A DNA stretch of 64,000 nt from the NCBI GenBank assembly GCA_013239625.1, contig MU054391.1, positions 6,531,824 to 6,595,823 of the forward strand, written 5' to 3'. The notes below the pieces were generated by a model. That model had not been told where the DNA came from. It did no database searches and saw only the letters and a program-made list of their open reading frames with translations. A program made the position numbers and the translations under genes. This stretch comes from Lama guanicoe. Lineage: Eukaryota. Shown here in pieces: positions 53,760 through 64,000 of this stretch. How positions within the stretch are numbered: the stretch's first letter is position 1; each line of letters begins with the position of its first letter.

Positions 53760-54300
53760 TGCTAGATAGGTATCCCCATTTTACAGAAGAAGAAACTGAG
53801 GCCCAAGGTCACACAGGGCAGGGATTCAGTCCCCCATCCGATGATCCTGCTCTCTTTTCTCTGTGAGGAGGTCTTGGGACAGAGGCATGTGCTTGGGCCC
53901 ACAAAGGGGAGGTTCTACAGACCAGGAGAGGCGGTGAGCCTCCTTGGGGTAGACATGACTGTCCTCCAGCTCATCCTTTCTCTTAGAACCACTACCTCTG
54001 AGGTCTCAGCTGCACGGACAAACCTGAGCACGCCCCCAGTGACACACTGCCAGCCTGGTCCAAGATCCCCAGGAACAGAGTCAGACAGACCTGGGTTTGA
54101 ATTCCAGGGAAGGAGGAGGCAATCTCTGAGGTGCCTTCTAGCTTAGACACTTTTCTCTACTGTTCCTCCCCCACCACTCCCTCACCTGCTGTGTGAACTT
54201 AGGCCTGCTGATTAACTTCTTTGATCCTTATTTTGATCATTTATTAAGTGGAAGAATTACCTCAGGGAATCACAGTGCTTAACACAGTGCATGGCACACC
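53760..54300. mobile_element. MIR fragments (both orientations)
   Basis: ccccattttacagaagaagaaactgaggcccaagg (-) and gagtcagacagacctgggtttgaattcc (+). Confidence 0.6.
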
Positions 54301-55369
54301 GTGACTGCCCAGTAAACGGCAGGCGTTTCCATTACTGTGTGCTGGGAGCGGGTGACCAGCTGCCCACTCTGCCCTCCACCAGGCTGGGCTGGTGTGCAGA
54401 TGGGGGAGGGGTGGGGGTGGGGCACTGTCACCCTGTTCTTAGTCAAAGGCAGTCCTCTTGGCACAGAGCTGGACCCAGCAGTCCCCTCTCTCTGACTTTT
54501 TACCTTCCACTAACCCCAGAATTCTGCTCTTCCTTCCCCTCCGGAGCCAGCTGGTGCAGAGGGAGTTGCCCTCTTGGGGGGAAGCGGAGGACTAGGAGGG
54601 GGAAGAGAGGACATAGTCTCTGGTCTGCACCACCTTAGGCAGGCCTTTCCTTCCCTGGTCCCTGGTTTTCCCTTATGAATGAAGAAGGATGGCTTCTCGG
54701 GGCCCCTTCCAGGATTTGGTGTTGTAGGGGACCTTGGAGGGAGGACTTGGGAGAGAATCAGAGCCATCCATGTGGGGTGCGGGGCCCTGAGCCACTGTTC
54801 GGCCTCCTCCCTCACTCGTTTCTCCAGGCAAGTGATAGGCCAGGTGACCATGGAAGGCAGAGGGGAGCCGGGGCTGTGGGACCCAGTGGGAAGGAGGAGA
54901 GGTGTCGGGAAGAGGGATTGGTGGGCAACCCTGGGGCTCAGTGGGGCCTGCTGAATGTGACTGAATGGGGTGAGGTCACCTCTCTTCGTCCTCCTGCCCC
55001 CAGAGTCCTTGGGAAACCCCAAACCGGTGCTGGCAGGAGGGCTCTGAGCCCAGAACAGGGAAGAGGCTCAGGGGTTGGAGAGAGGCCAGAAGGCACCTTG
55101 TCTTCTGCTCTCCTGGAGTCAGGAGAGAGTGTCTTGACAGCTACAAAAGCACTCTAAGCCCATCTCATCCACTCTAAGGAGGAGACTGACTCCTAAGACG
55201 GTGAGCAGTTCGACTGGTCTCCCTAGTGAATCGGGATCAGGCAGGGTCCTGGACCCAGAGGGACTTAGAGCATGACATGCTTATGTAGTGACATGCCTGA
55301 TTGTGGGTGAGTGATCAGAGGGCTTTGGGAACCAGGTTGGAAGGGCATCCCTCTCTCCCTGGGGAATCT

Positions 55370-55662
55370 ATCTGTGGCACCTCAGAACCTGCTGGGGAGC
55401 TTTACAAAAATCCCAGTGTCCAGGCTGCATCCACACCTATGACATTAGAATGCCAAGGTGAACCCCCCAAGCATCAGTATTTGTTTAAACTTTAAAGCGC
55501 ACACGAGTCATCCAGAGATCTTACTAAAATGCAGACTTTGAATCAGTCGCTCTGAGTAATTTCCTGTAATTCTGGGTAAATCCCTGTAATTCTGTGTTTC
55601 CAACAAGCTCCCAGAAGAGGCTGATTCTGCCGGCCCACTGACTGCTCTTTGAGTAGCAAGAG
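55370..55662. mobile_element. MER5-type (hAT-Charlie) DNA transposon fragments
   Basis: aaatgcagac...ttccaacaagctcccag...ctgattctgccggcccactgactgctctttgagtagcaag. Confidence 0.55.
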
Positions 55663-56394
55663 GCTGGAGGAGGAGCTTGCCAACTGTCCCTCTTACCGTG
55701 TTTGTCCAGTTCATGCGTTAAGAATGGCCAACCTTGTGGGTTACAGGAAATGATCCCTAAGTCAGGCCTTGAAGGATAAGTGGGACCCACTCCCCCAGAA
55801 GCAAAAGCAGGGGATCTACGTGAGCAAAGACACACAGCATGGGGTCCACCCCAGAGAAGGCGAGACCGTGTCCGTCTCCCAAGGCCTTGGGGTCACAGCC
55901 TTCCAACTTCTTTCCCCCAAGAACCCCCAACTCCTGGTTTCCCGCTTGAGGTCCGTGCTCCTGGCTCCCACTCTGAGAGATGCTCCTGCTCCTGCTCCTG
56001 CTCCTTTCTCTCCTTTCCCTTCTTTCCTCTTATCAAATCCCACCCCTCCCCCAACTCCATCCTGGGACCATCGCCTAACAGCCTCTTTGACTCAGGAGAA
56101 TCTGACAGACCTCCAATGACCTGTTCATTTCTATTGAAAGAGGGAGAGAGAAGAAGGTATGTTTCTTGGAATCACAGACTATCCAGGTTAAAAGGAAAAT
56201 AGGCATCATCTCGTCTACCCCCTCCCTGGGCTCCTGCATCATAACTGACAGGAGTGTGTCTCCAAATCTTGTAGAGTTGAGTGAAGAGGGCTTAATTGAA
56301 GGTCTGAAGGTCACAGCCAGATGGAGGGGTCAAGCTCATTCTAAGTCTCCTAAATAAACTCATCTCCAAAATAGAGAATTGTGAATGCAGGACC

Positions 56395-56427
56395 GTGTGT
56401 GTGTGTGTGTGCGTGTGTGTGTGTGTA
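56395..56427. repeat. (GT)n microsatellite
   Basis: Read directly. Confidence 0.9.
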
Positions 56428-57479
56428 AAAACAAATAATGCAGTGAGCTAGTCATCCTCAGTTTCACAGATGGGGAAACCAAGGCCCAGAGAGCAGAAGC
56501 AACAGGCTGGTGGCTGTCCTGCTCCCTGGTGGCAGAGGTAGGAGCGGTGCCCACAGCCCACAGCCCACACTCATCCAGAGCCAGACGGTGATGCTCTCCT
56601 GGCCTCCATCACAACTCAGCGAGCTTCCTAATAAGGTGCAGGATGTCATCATCTGATCTCCCAGGAAGGCCTCACTGCAGATGGACTGGTTCTGGTGGTG
56701 GTGTTTTTAAGGAACGAAAGAGAAGGAAAAGGAAAACATTTTTTGGGGCAAGCAGCTTTGGACCAGATGCTCAGGCCACGCTGAGTTCAGGATCCATTTT
56801 GGCAATTGTAAGAGGTGTCTGGAGCTTAAGACTTACCATCTGGGGTTTGGCGGTACCACACACAACCATGAAATGAAATGCCCAGAAAATGGGGGAAAAA
56901 AATCCATGAAAATGGCAAGACCTGGAATTATTTCACCCACGCTCCCTGAGGAAATCTGACAGAGGCAGGTAAGACCCTAGCAAGTGCCCGGGGTTATGGG
57001 GATGGGCTGATTTAAAGTGTTCCTGCTAATGAGGCAATTTCAGCTGATGGCAGGACAGCATGGGGCATGGTTTTGAGGCGGGAGCCCCTGCTTCCCCCTC
57101 CCTCTGGCTGGGAAGGGGCTGCCCGGTCCTCCTCCCTCCCAAGAGGATAATTCAATGTCTCCCCAGTCTCCTGCCATCTCCCAGGGAGACGAGGGACAGG
57201 TGTGCCCAGAACAGCTTCCCACCTTTCTGCCTGTGAGAAGACAGCTCTGTGCACCACACTCTGTGCTGGTGGGAATGTGTCTGGCAGCAGATTTAAAAGG
57301 GGATGTCGGCCATATACATAATCTGAGACAGAAGCTCCCCTAAATGCTTTCCTCTGATTGCAGCAGCCTAAGAAGGAGTCACAGGGATGCTGTGGGTTTC
57401 CAAAAGGAGGAAAAAAAAAACAAAAATAAGAATTAGGAGACTTTATACTCTGATATTTCGTTGTGGGGTTTTTTTATGA

Positions 57480-57575
57480 TTCTTTCTTTTAATCGAAGTA
57501 TAGTTGATTTACAATGTTGTGTTCATTTCTAATGTTCAGCACAGTGATTCAGTTATACACATACATATATTCCTT
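57480..57575 (-). mobile_element. Short L1 3' end
   Basis: gaagtatagttgatttacaatgttgtgtt...cacagtgattcagttatac. Confidence 0.7.
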
Positions 57576-60500
57576 TGCCATCAGCCAGCCAGACTTGGAG
57601 CCTGGCTGCCATAGCCATAGCTTTATTTCCCTTTGTCAACAATGGGCCTGAAGGGAATGGCTGGTCTGGCTTCAGGCGAGACCTGTGTGTCACGTCTGTG
57701 TGCCTGTGGTCACACAGCTAAAGAGAAGTCAGTATGCGACTCCAGCTTGGACCTGGTGCCCGCAGCCTGGCAGGGCAGCATCACATTCTGAGGAACAAGC
57801 TTAGCCTCTGGGTCCCTTCCCAGGGAGAGGTTGGGAAGGAGAAACCCACCCTGAACGGGAGCTGCCAGCAGCCACATCTTGTCTCCGGATGCAAAACTGT
57901 GATGCTGTTAACAGGGGCTTGGCTGGGGAAAGGGAACCTGTCCTGCTGTGGTGGCAGCCAGATCGAGAAGAAGGTGGAAATATTAACACACAGGCTGGTT
58001 TCTGCTGGTGCACGTGTAGGCTAAGCCATTGGGAGCCATTGCCCGAAGCCAGGGGTCCTTGTTTCTGCTGTATTCAACTTACCTGGCTCCCTGCTAGACT
58101 TGGTGGGGCAGCTCTGACCTGGCCTTAGACCGCAAGCCCCAGGTGGCCCAGCCAGATTGCAGGTCAGCTGGAGCCCCTAAGCTGCTGTCTGTGCCTTGCA
58201 CCTGAGTAGGAGTGGGAGGTATGAGCCAGAGCCCGTCTCTCCCTCCCTGTTTTTGTCTCCCCAACCAGAGGCGAAGTCTAAACTGCTAGGCTTGGCCCTC
58301 AAGGCTGCCACCACACGGCTCCAGATACCCCTTTGGCTTCATCTCTCAGTGCCCCCAACCCCTCACCCCTCCATCACACCAGACCAGGCGGCTCTTTCCA
58401 CTCCACACACTGGAGAGCTGGGGCTCCCTGCCTGTGCACAGGGGACTCCGACTTTTCCACTGGCAGCTTCTACCCTTGGGTCCAGACCCAGCTGCAATGC
58501 TGTCCTTCCCACTCAGAGTTGAGGCTAGCCCCTGCATGGCATCTTGGCTCTGCGGGGGCATAAACCATGCTGGAGAGATCTTGGAGTCACTCACTTCACT
58601 TCACTCAGGAGAATGGACCCTGGGGAGATCACAGGATGGCTGGAAGTCACCCTGGGTTGGCAGCAGTCGGAACCAGAGCCCAGATCCTGTCTCGGTGCTC
58701 ACCTGCCTGCCCTCTCTGTCCACTGCCCACCCACTCACGCCCACCCACTCCTGGCTACAGGTTTGAGCCAAGAGTCGGAGCTGAGGTTTTAGAAATTAGA
58801 CTGAAAGGTGGCCCCAAGTACAGCTCCCCCATTATTCGCACCTGTAGTGAGCCAGAGCACTGGGGCAAAGCCCAGGGCTGGCTGCCTGAAAGCACTTTGC
58901 AGACTTCATTTCAAACCTTCGTTGAAACCTCCTGGCCTTTTAAAGCCTTGAAGTTCACAGTCAGAGTGAGGGGCACACTTCATTCTGCTCCCACAAAGCG
59001 CACAGTGCAAGTGCAGGGTGTGAGTGTGTGCAGGCGAGCCAAAGCAAACCAAAGCCTGCCTTCTAACTGAAAGGAGGGAGACGCTGGAGCGCCCTGAAGC
59101 CACTCTTTCCCTCTCTAGTTTCCTGCCTTTCCCATGAGCCTGGTTCACAGCCAACAAAGGCAGGGACTGCAGACAGCTCTACTTCCCATCCCCAGGAGCA
59201 CCAGCCACACTCTGCTCCTGGACTAGACCGACATGGAAAGTGGGAGGTGCGAACTCCGAACATCCTTCTCAACTGGCTGCCCGGAGTACAGCCAGAGACC
59301 AGTCTCTCCTGATAATTGACCTTTTAGTACATTTTCTAGGAAACTGAAGGTCAGAGAGCTTAATCAACTTGTCCAGGATTTCCCACCAAAAGGGGTCAGT
59401 CCCTCCCTGGGGATGGACATCCTTGCTGTCCAAGCCTCTCCTCCCTGCTGCTTGTTGAGGGACAGCGACCTGGGCTGTGAGCCCTTCAAGGGCAGGTTTG
59501 TATCTGGGTCCCAGGTGTGTCTCTCAGGGCCTAGAGCAGTGCCTGGCACACAGTGGTTTCATAACAACTACTGTGGGATGAACTTATTGTCACCCACCTT
59601 GTGCATGTCGCTATGCCATGGGTGACCTGGCTCCAGGCCAGACCTGGAGTTTCTCTTCTTTACATTTTGTGCAGGGCTGTCTGGTCTTGGCAGTGGGGAC
59701 CACGTCCTGGCTCTGGAGCTATGCCTCGCATCGGATCAGCGGCACAGAGAAGCTCTCTGTAAATGTTTACAGTGACCAGGCGAGCACCTGATCCAATCCT
59801 CGACAGGAGGCTGGAAGGCTTCGTGGTCAGAAGGCGTTAAAGTGAGCTTCTGCCAGCTGGGACCAACCTCCACCGAGTCCCACCAAGTTCCTGGCCCACT
59901 GCCGGGCCCAGTCCCTGCAGCCACGAGGCCGTGCCCGTGGGTGAACTGAGTGCCCTCGGAGGCCTTGCGTGCTCTAATGCTTGCGGGTTTTCTGAGAGCC
60001 CAGCCAGCACCTGCCCAGTGCGGTGTAAACAAGGGGAGATTTACAGCAGCCTTCCCCCGAGCACAGCCTGAAAGGGCCTGGCAGGGGAGGTGGATTCCAC
60101 AGCCCGACCCGCAGGCCTCGTTGTTCCTGCTGCTCCTGGGAAGAGCCTCACTTCAAAGTGGGGGAACTCAAGTTTGGGGAGCACACAGGATGTGGCATCT
60201 TATTTGGGAGACAGGCAGGGCACTGTTTCACTGTATTTAACATCTGCGGCCCCTTCTCCCAGCCCCTTGTCCCCTCTCCGCTTATGGCGGGTCTTGAACT
60301 GCATTCCTGGGTGTGAATCCACAGTCTTCCCTCGGGATGTCCTGAGGCAGCACCTGCGTTTCAAGGGGAATCCCGGGGCCCTGCACTGACACAAGGCAGC
60401 TCCCCCCAGGGAAGACGGAACCCCGGAGGCCTGGCCGACTGACAGTCCAGGAAGCTGGAGGGCCCACGCTTGGAGGACCACTGCCTGGCTGAACTCTCTC

Positions 60501-60689
60501 ATTAGTTCTAATGATTTTTCAGTTGTTCCCCATTGATTTATAAATTTTAAAAAATCATATTAGCTGCAAAGGACAGTTCTGTTCCGTCATGCCTTTCATC
60601 AAGCCCAGCTTGGTCCTGTTTTACTGTGCGGCCTGGGCTCCCTGGCGCAGGTGGATTGAGGCATCTTTTCCCGGGTCTGTTTGCTGTCT

Positions 60690-61100
60690 GCTTCTGGGTG
60701 ACGTTCTTTATCAAGTTAAGAAAATTTCATTCTATTCCTAGCTTTCAAAAAGATGTTTAAAAATCAGGAGCGAACATTTACATTTTATTAAATGCCTCTT
60801 CAGCATCCACAGAAATGATAGACTTTCAGACATTTTATATTTCTTTAATGTATCAGGGTGGGGATGTAAAGATTAAATGATTTCCTAATGTTAACATGCT
60901 TTTGCATTCTTGGACTAAAACCTATGTATTCATAAGGCATTTTTCTCTAAATTCAGGGCCAGATTCCACTTGCTGTTTTATTCGACTGTTGCCTCCACAT
61001 CATAAGTGAGATTGGCCTACAGTTTTCTTGTTTTTTGCCATTCTTTCCGGATGTGGGTATCAGGGTTACATCAGCCTCATAGGACTGCATGAAAGAATCT
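60690..61100 (-). mobile_element. Old L1M ORF2 fragment
   Basis: ttctttatcaagttaagaaaatttcattctattcctagc...cataagtgagattggcctacagttttc. Confidence 0.65.
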
Positions 61101-61270
61101 GTCCCTCCTTAGGAAACAGACGTTTTACTTACTTATATCAATAACATTTCCCAGTAACCCCAATCTCTGCCAGGCACGTTTAAAATATTTCTTCTATAGT
61201 TACTCTTTTTTGGCGGGGGGTGGTTTGGGGGTCAACCAGCAAAGGGTGTGCGGATGCTGGGGAGGGGCAC

Positions 61271-61375
61271 AAAATACAGAGCTTCATGAATTTGTGTGCC
61301 ATCCTTGCACGCGGGCCATGCTGATCGACTGTGTACCGTTCTGATTTTTACTACATGTGCTGCCAAAGCGAGCAC
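61271..61375 (-). pseudogene. RNU6: U6 snRNA pseudogene (near full length)
   Basis: Minus strand gtgctcgctttggcagcacatgtagtaaaaatcagaacggtac...gcatggccc..gcaaggatggcacacaaattcatgaagc...tatttt, about 80% identical to U6 by eye; ACAGAGA box mutated to ACACAGT. Confidence 0.92.
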
Positions 61376-62329
61376 TGCACTTACCCTGATTGCTTTCTAT
61401 AATCTACATAAACCTCTCTTTCTCACACATCGGCTCTGGTCAGCATCTCTTGCTGACCACACAAAGGTGAGATTAGGACCTCTAGAAAGTGGTTCCCTCT
61501 GCCTTCCCTCCCCCCTTTACTGCCCTCTCTCTGGCCCCCAGGCCTCTGATTTCTGCCTTGCCGTGAAAACACATACACCCTGTTCTGTGACTATAATTAC
61601 TTCTGTGTTTTGACAGTCAGCTGATTCTAAACAAATTTAAACCAATAACCAGTATTTTTAATATTATGATTATGTAACCACTTTTCATCACAGATGCGGG
61701 GAAGGAGATGAATCTGAGGCCACTAGGTGAAGGGGCAGTGCATAATTTTTTAATATTTCATGTTTCGGTTTGCCTCCTCATTGTCACTAGGATTATCCAC
61801 TTTTTCCCTACAAGTAGTTGATAAAGATGAATGTGTTTTTCCTCTTGGAGACATTCTTTTCAGAGTCTTCAAATTTTCTGATTGAATTTGCTTCATTTGC
61901 CCTTGAGGTCCATGTCACAGTTGTCATCTTGTGACCTTTTTTATATTACATTCCTGGATTTGGTGTACAGTTTTTTAGTTTCTTGGCTACTATGTCATCC
62001 TCTTTCTTGGATTCTGTTTTTGTTTTGCTGGAGGTATGTCCTTGGGTGTGTCTTTCAGGATAGGTCTACGGATGATAAACTTTCTAAGCCTGTGTGTGGT
62101 TGAGCATGTCCTTATTTTGCCCTTGCCGGGGACTGGGAGTTGGACTGGACAATTTGCCTGAAATTAGTTTCCTTTATGGGTCATTTGATTTTTTTCACTC
62201 TTTTAGGAGCCTTTTAGGATTTCTCTACATCTTTGAAGACATGAAATTTCTCCTAGAAAACGTGCCTCTTTTTAAGCTTTTCTCATTCAACACTTGGCCG
62301 TGACTTTTCACTTTGAGACTCAAGTTTTT

Positions 62330-62444
62330 TTCTTTTTTTTTAATTTTATTTTTCAAAAATTTTTTCAGTTTTTTTTTAATTGAAGAATAGTCAGTTTACA
62401 GTGTTGTGTCAACTTCTGGTGGGCAGCATGATGTTTCAGTCATG
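62330..62444 (-). mobile_element. Short young L1 3' end
   Basis: T-tail plus aattgaagaatagtcagtttacagtgttgtgtc; imperfect TSD ctcaagtt/ctcacgtc. Confidence 0.7.
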
Positions 62445-62871
62445 CTCACGTCTTTTCTTTAGCCCAGAAAAATTTGCCTCTCTTACCGCTTTATTTTCTC
62501 TTCTGCACCTCTGGTTTTTTTCCCTCCGAGGACTCTTACTTAGAAATTGAGGGCCAATTCTACATGTGTATTAAGAGTAACTTTGCTTTGTGCACATGTG
62601 TTTTATTTTCTCTTGCCTTCCTGCCCTATGTTTGATGATTTCCTTGGCTTTATGATCTGTATTATTGATTTGGTGTTCAGCTACGCCCATTTCACTAATT
62701 TTTAAATTAGATTTTAATTAGAACTTTTCGAATTGTCTGAATTTTTTGAAATTATCACTGAATTTCCAAGAAATCTTTCTTTCCTCATTGCTCCTCTTCG
62801 ATATCTGCTCACAACCCCATCTGACTCTGTCCTTTTGTGCAGAAGTTCAGGAAGCAGAGGTCATCATTGCT

Positions 62872-62981
62872 GGGGGTGGGGGCATAGCTCAGTGGTAGAG
62901 CCTACACTTAGCATACTTGAGGTCATGGGTTCAATCCCCAGTACCTCCATTTTACAAAATTGAATTAATTAATTTTAAAAA
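62872..62981 (+). mobile_element. tRNA-Ala-derived SINE (vic-1-like)
   Basis: gggggcatagctcagtggtagag...gggttcaatccccagtacctcca plus AT tail; homologous to the 16116 copy. Confidence 0.8.
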
Positions 62982-64000
62982 GCATTGTTTTTGTAGAGCC
63001 TGAACTAAAGAACCACAGTGTGTCAGAGTGGGATCTTTTCAGTGTGTGAGACAGAGTCTGCATGGAAAGGGTAGGGCTTTGGGCCCAGAGACACCAGCTC
63101 AAACTCTGCCTGGAGAACAGTGGTATGAGCTTAACTCCTAAAGCCTCAGCTTCTCCATCTGTAAATGGGGAAAACGCTCCTTACCTTGCAGGCTTGTGGT
63201 GAGGATGAAAGGGCTCATGTGGCCCCGGGATCTGTGCAGCTGGTTGTGAATGGGTCTTCATCAATTAATCCCTGCAAGGCCTGTCCTCTTCCCACACCCC
63301 TTCACCAGAGTGGAAAATTGCCTTTTGTTATTCTTCACCCCAGAGCTGTTTGTCTTTTTGACTAAATATATGTAGGTATGTATTTTAGTCATTTCTGGGC
63401 AGCTTCTCATGCATATTCAAATCCAAGCAGTTAGGGTTCTGAGAATGATTCAAATGTTTGTTGCACAGTGTAACTGATCTTAATATAGCCACATCAGCCA
63501 AGGCTGCCATCCTTTCCGGGCCTCCTCCGCTCCCCGGCAACCTGTTTGGGCCAAGGACGATCAACATGCCGGATACACTTCCGCCCTCCAGCCTCATGGG
63601 CACTGACTGGCAGGGCTGGGGGAGACCTTTTCATCGTCCGAGTTTTTGTTTTTCTTTTATCCCAGTGTCTGGACCTTTGTTGATCATTCTTTCTATAGAT
63701 GACCGGACGTCAGGAGAGGAATTTTAGGGGCGGGGAGGTGGGTGGCGTGCATGTCTCAGATCACATGTCGTGGGCGGCGTGGCCCAGCATCCGCGCTCAG
63801 CAGCAGCTATGGAATGAATGAGGCCGAATTGGAGGCTGGAACGCAGATCACTGCTACGGAGGGGGCGGAATCAGAAACTGAGAGACGACCTTGTAATTGC
63901 AGGGTTGGCGGGGTCTTCGCAGGTGTGGGGTCCCGCATGCCAAGATACCGTCATAATGAAAGCCACAAAGAGGGACCCCGACACTGAGGGGTGGTCCGTG

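Noticed and set aside
45842..54025. REST/RE1 sites near neuronal KCNF1 (e.g. 45842-45862, ~48873-48893, paired half-sites 50627-50650, ~54005-54025)
   Set aside because: Only half-site or multi-mismatch matches to TTCAGCACCnnGGACAG; not supportable without ChIP data
61271..61375. Functional U6 snRNA gene
   Set aside because: About 20% diverged, ACAGAGA box mutated, and no convincing PSE/TATA promoter identified upstream

Overview
Mammalian (eukaryotic) genomic DNA, most likely a camelid: it carries tRNA-Ala-type vic-1-like SINEs and young L1 3' ends, and I saw no Alu, B1/B2, Bov-A or PRE SINEs. The only intact protein-coding gene is KCNF1 (Kv5.1 modifier K+ channel subunit; uninterrupted CDS 51600-53084, +), which lies in a CpG island. 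About 50 kb of upstream and 11 kb of downstream sequence is repeat-rich. It contains three minus-strand retrocopies: a full-length TUBA1B-type alpha-tubulin processed pseudogene with TSDs, a decayed RPL23A pseudogene and a U6 snRNA pseudogene. It also holds a young ERV2-type solo LTR with a perfect 6-bp TSD, a MER41-like LTR, a MER21-like LTR, many MLT1 LTRs, and L1, L2 and MIR fragments, several of them nested. I found no convincing wholly new biological system. The best leads are: (1) a candidate 150-nt intron in the KCNF1 5' leader whose removal would delete both upstream AUGs; (2) the isotype-mosaic tubulin retrocopy; (3) a ~100-bp-arm inverted repeat around a palindromic, G-rich spacer; (4) the young ERV2 LTR. 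Repeat family names and reference gene sequences are recalled from memory, not from database searches.
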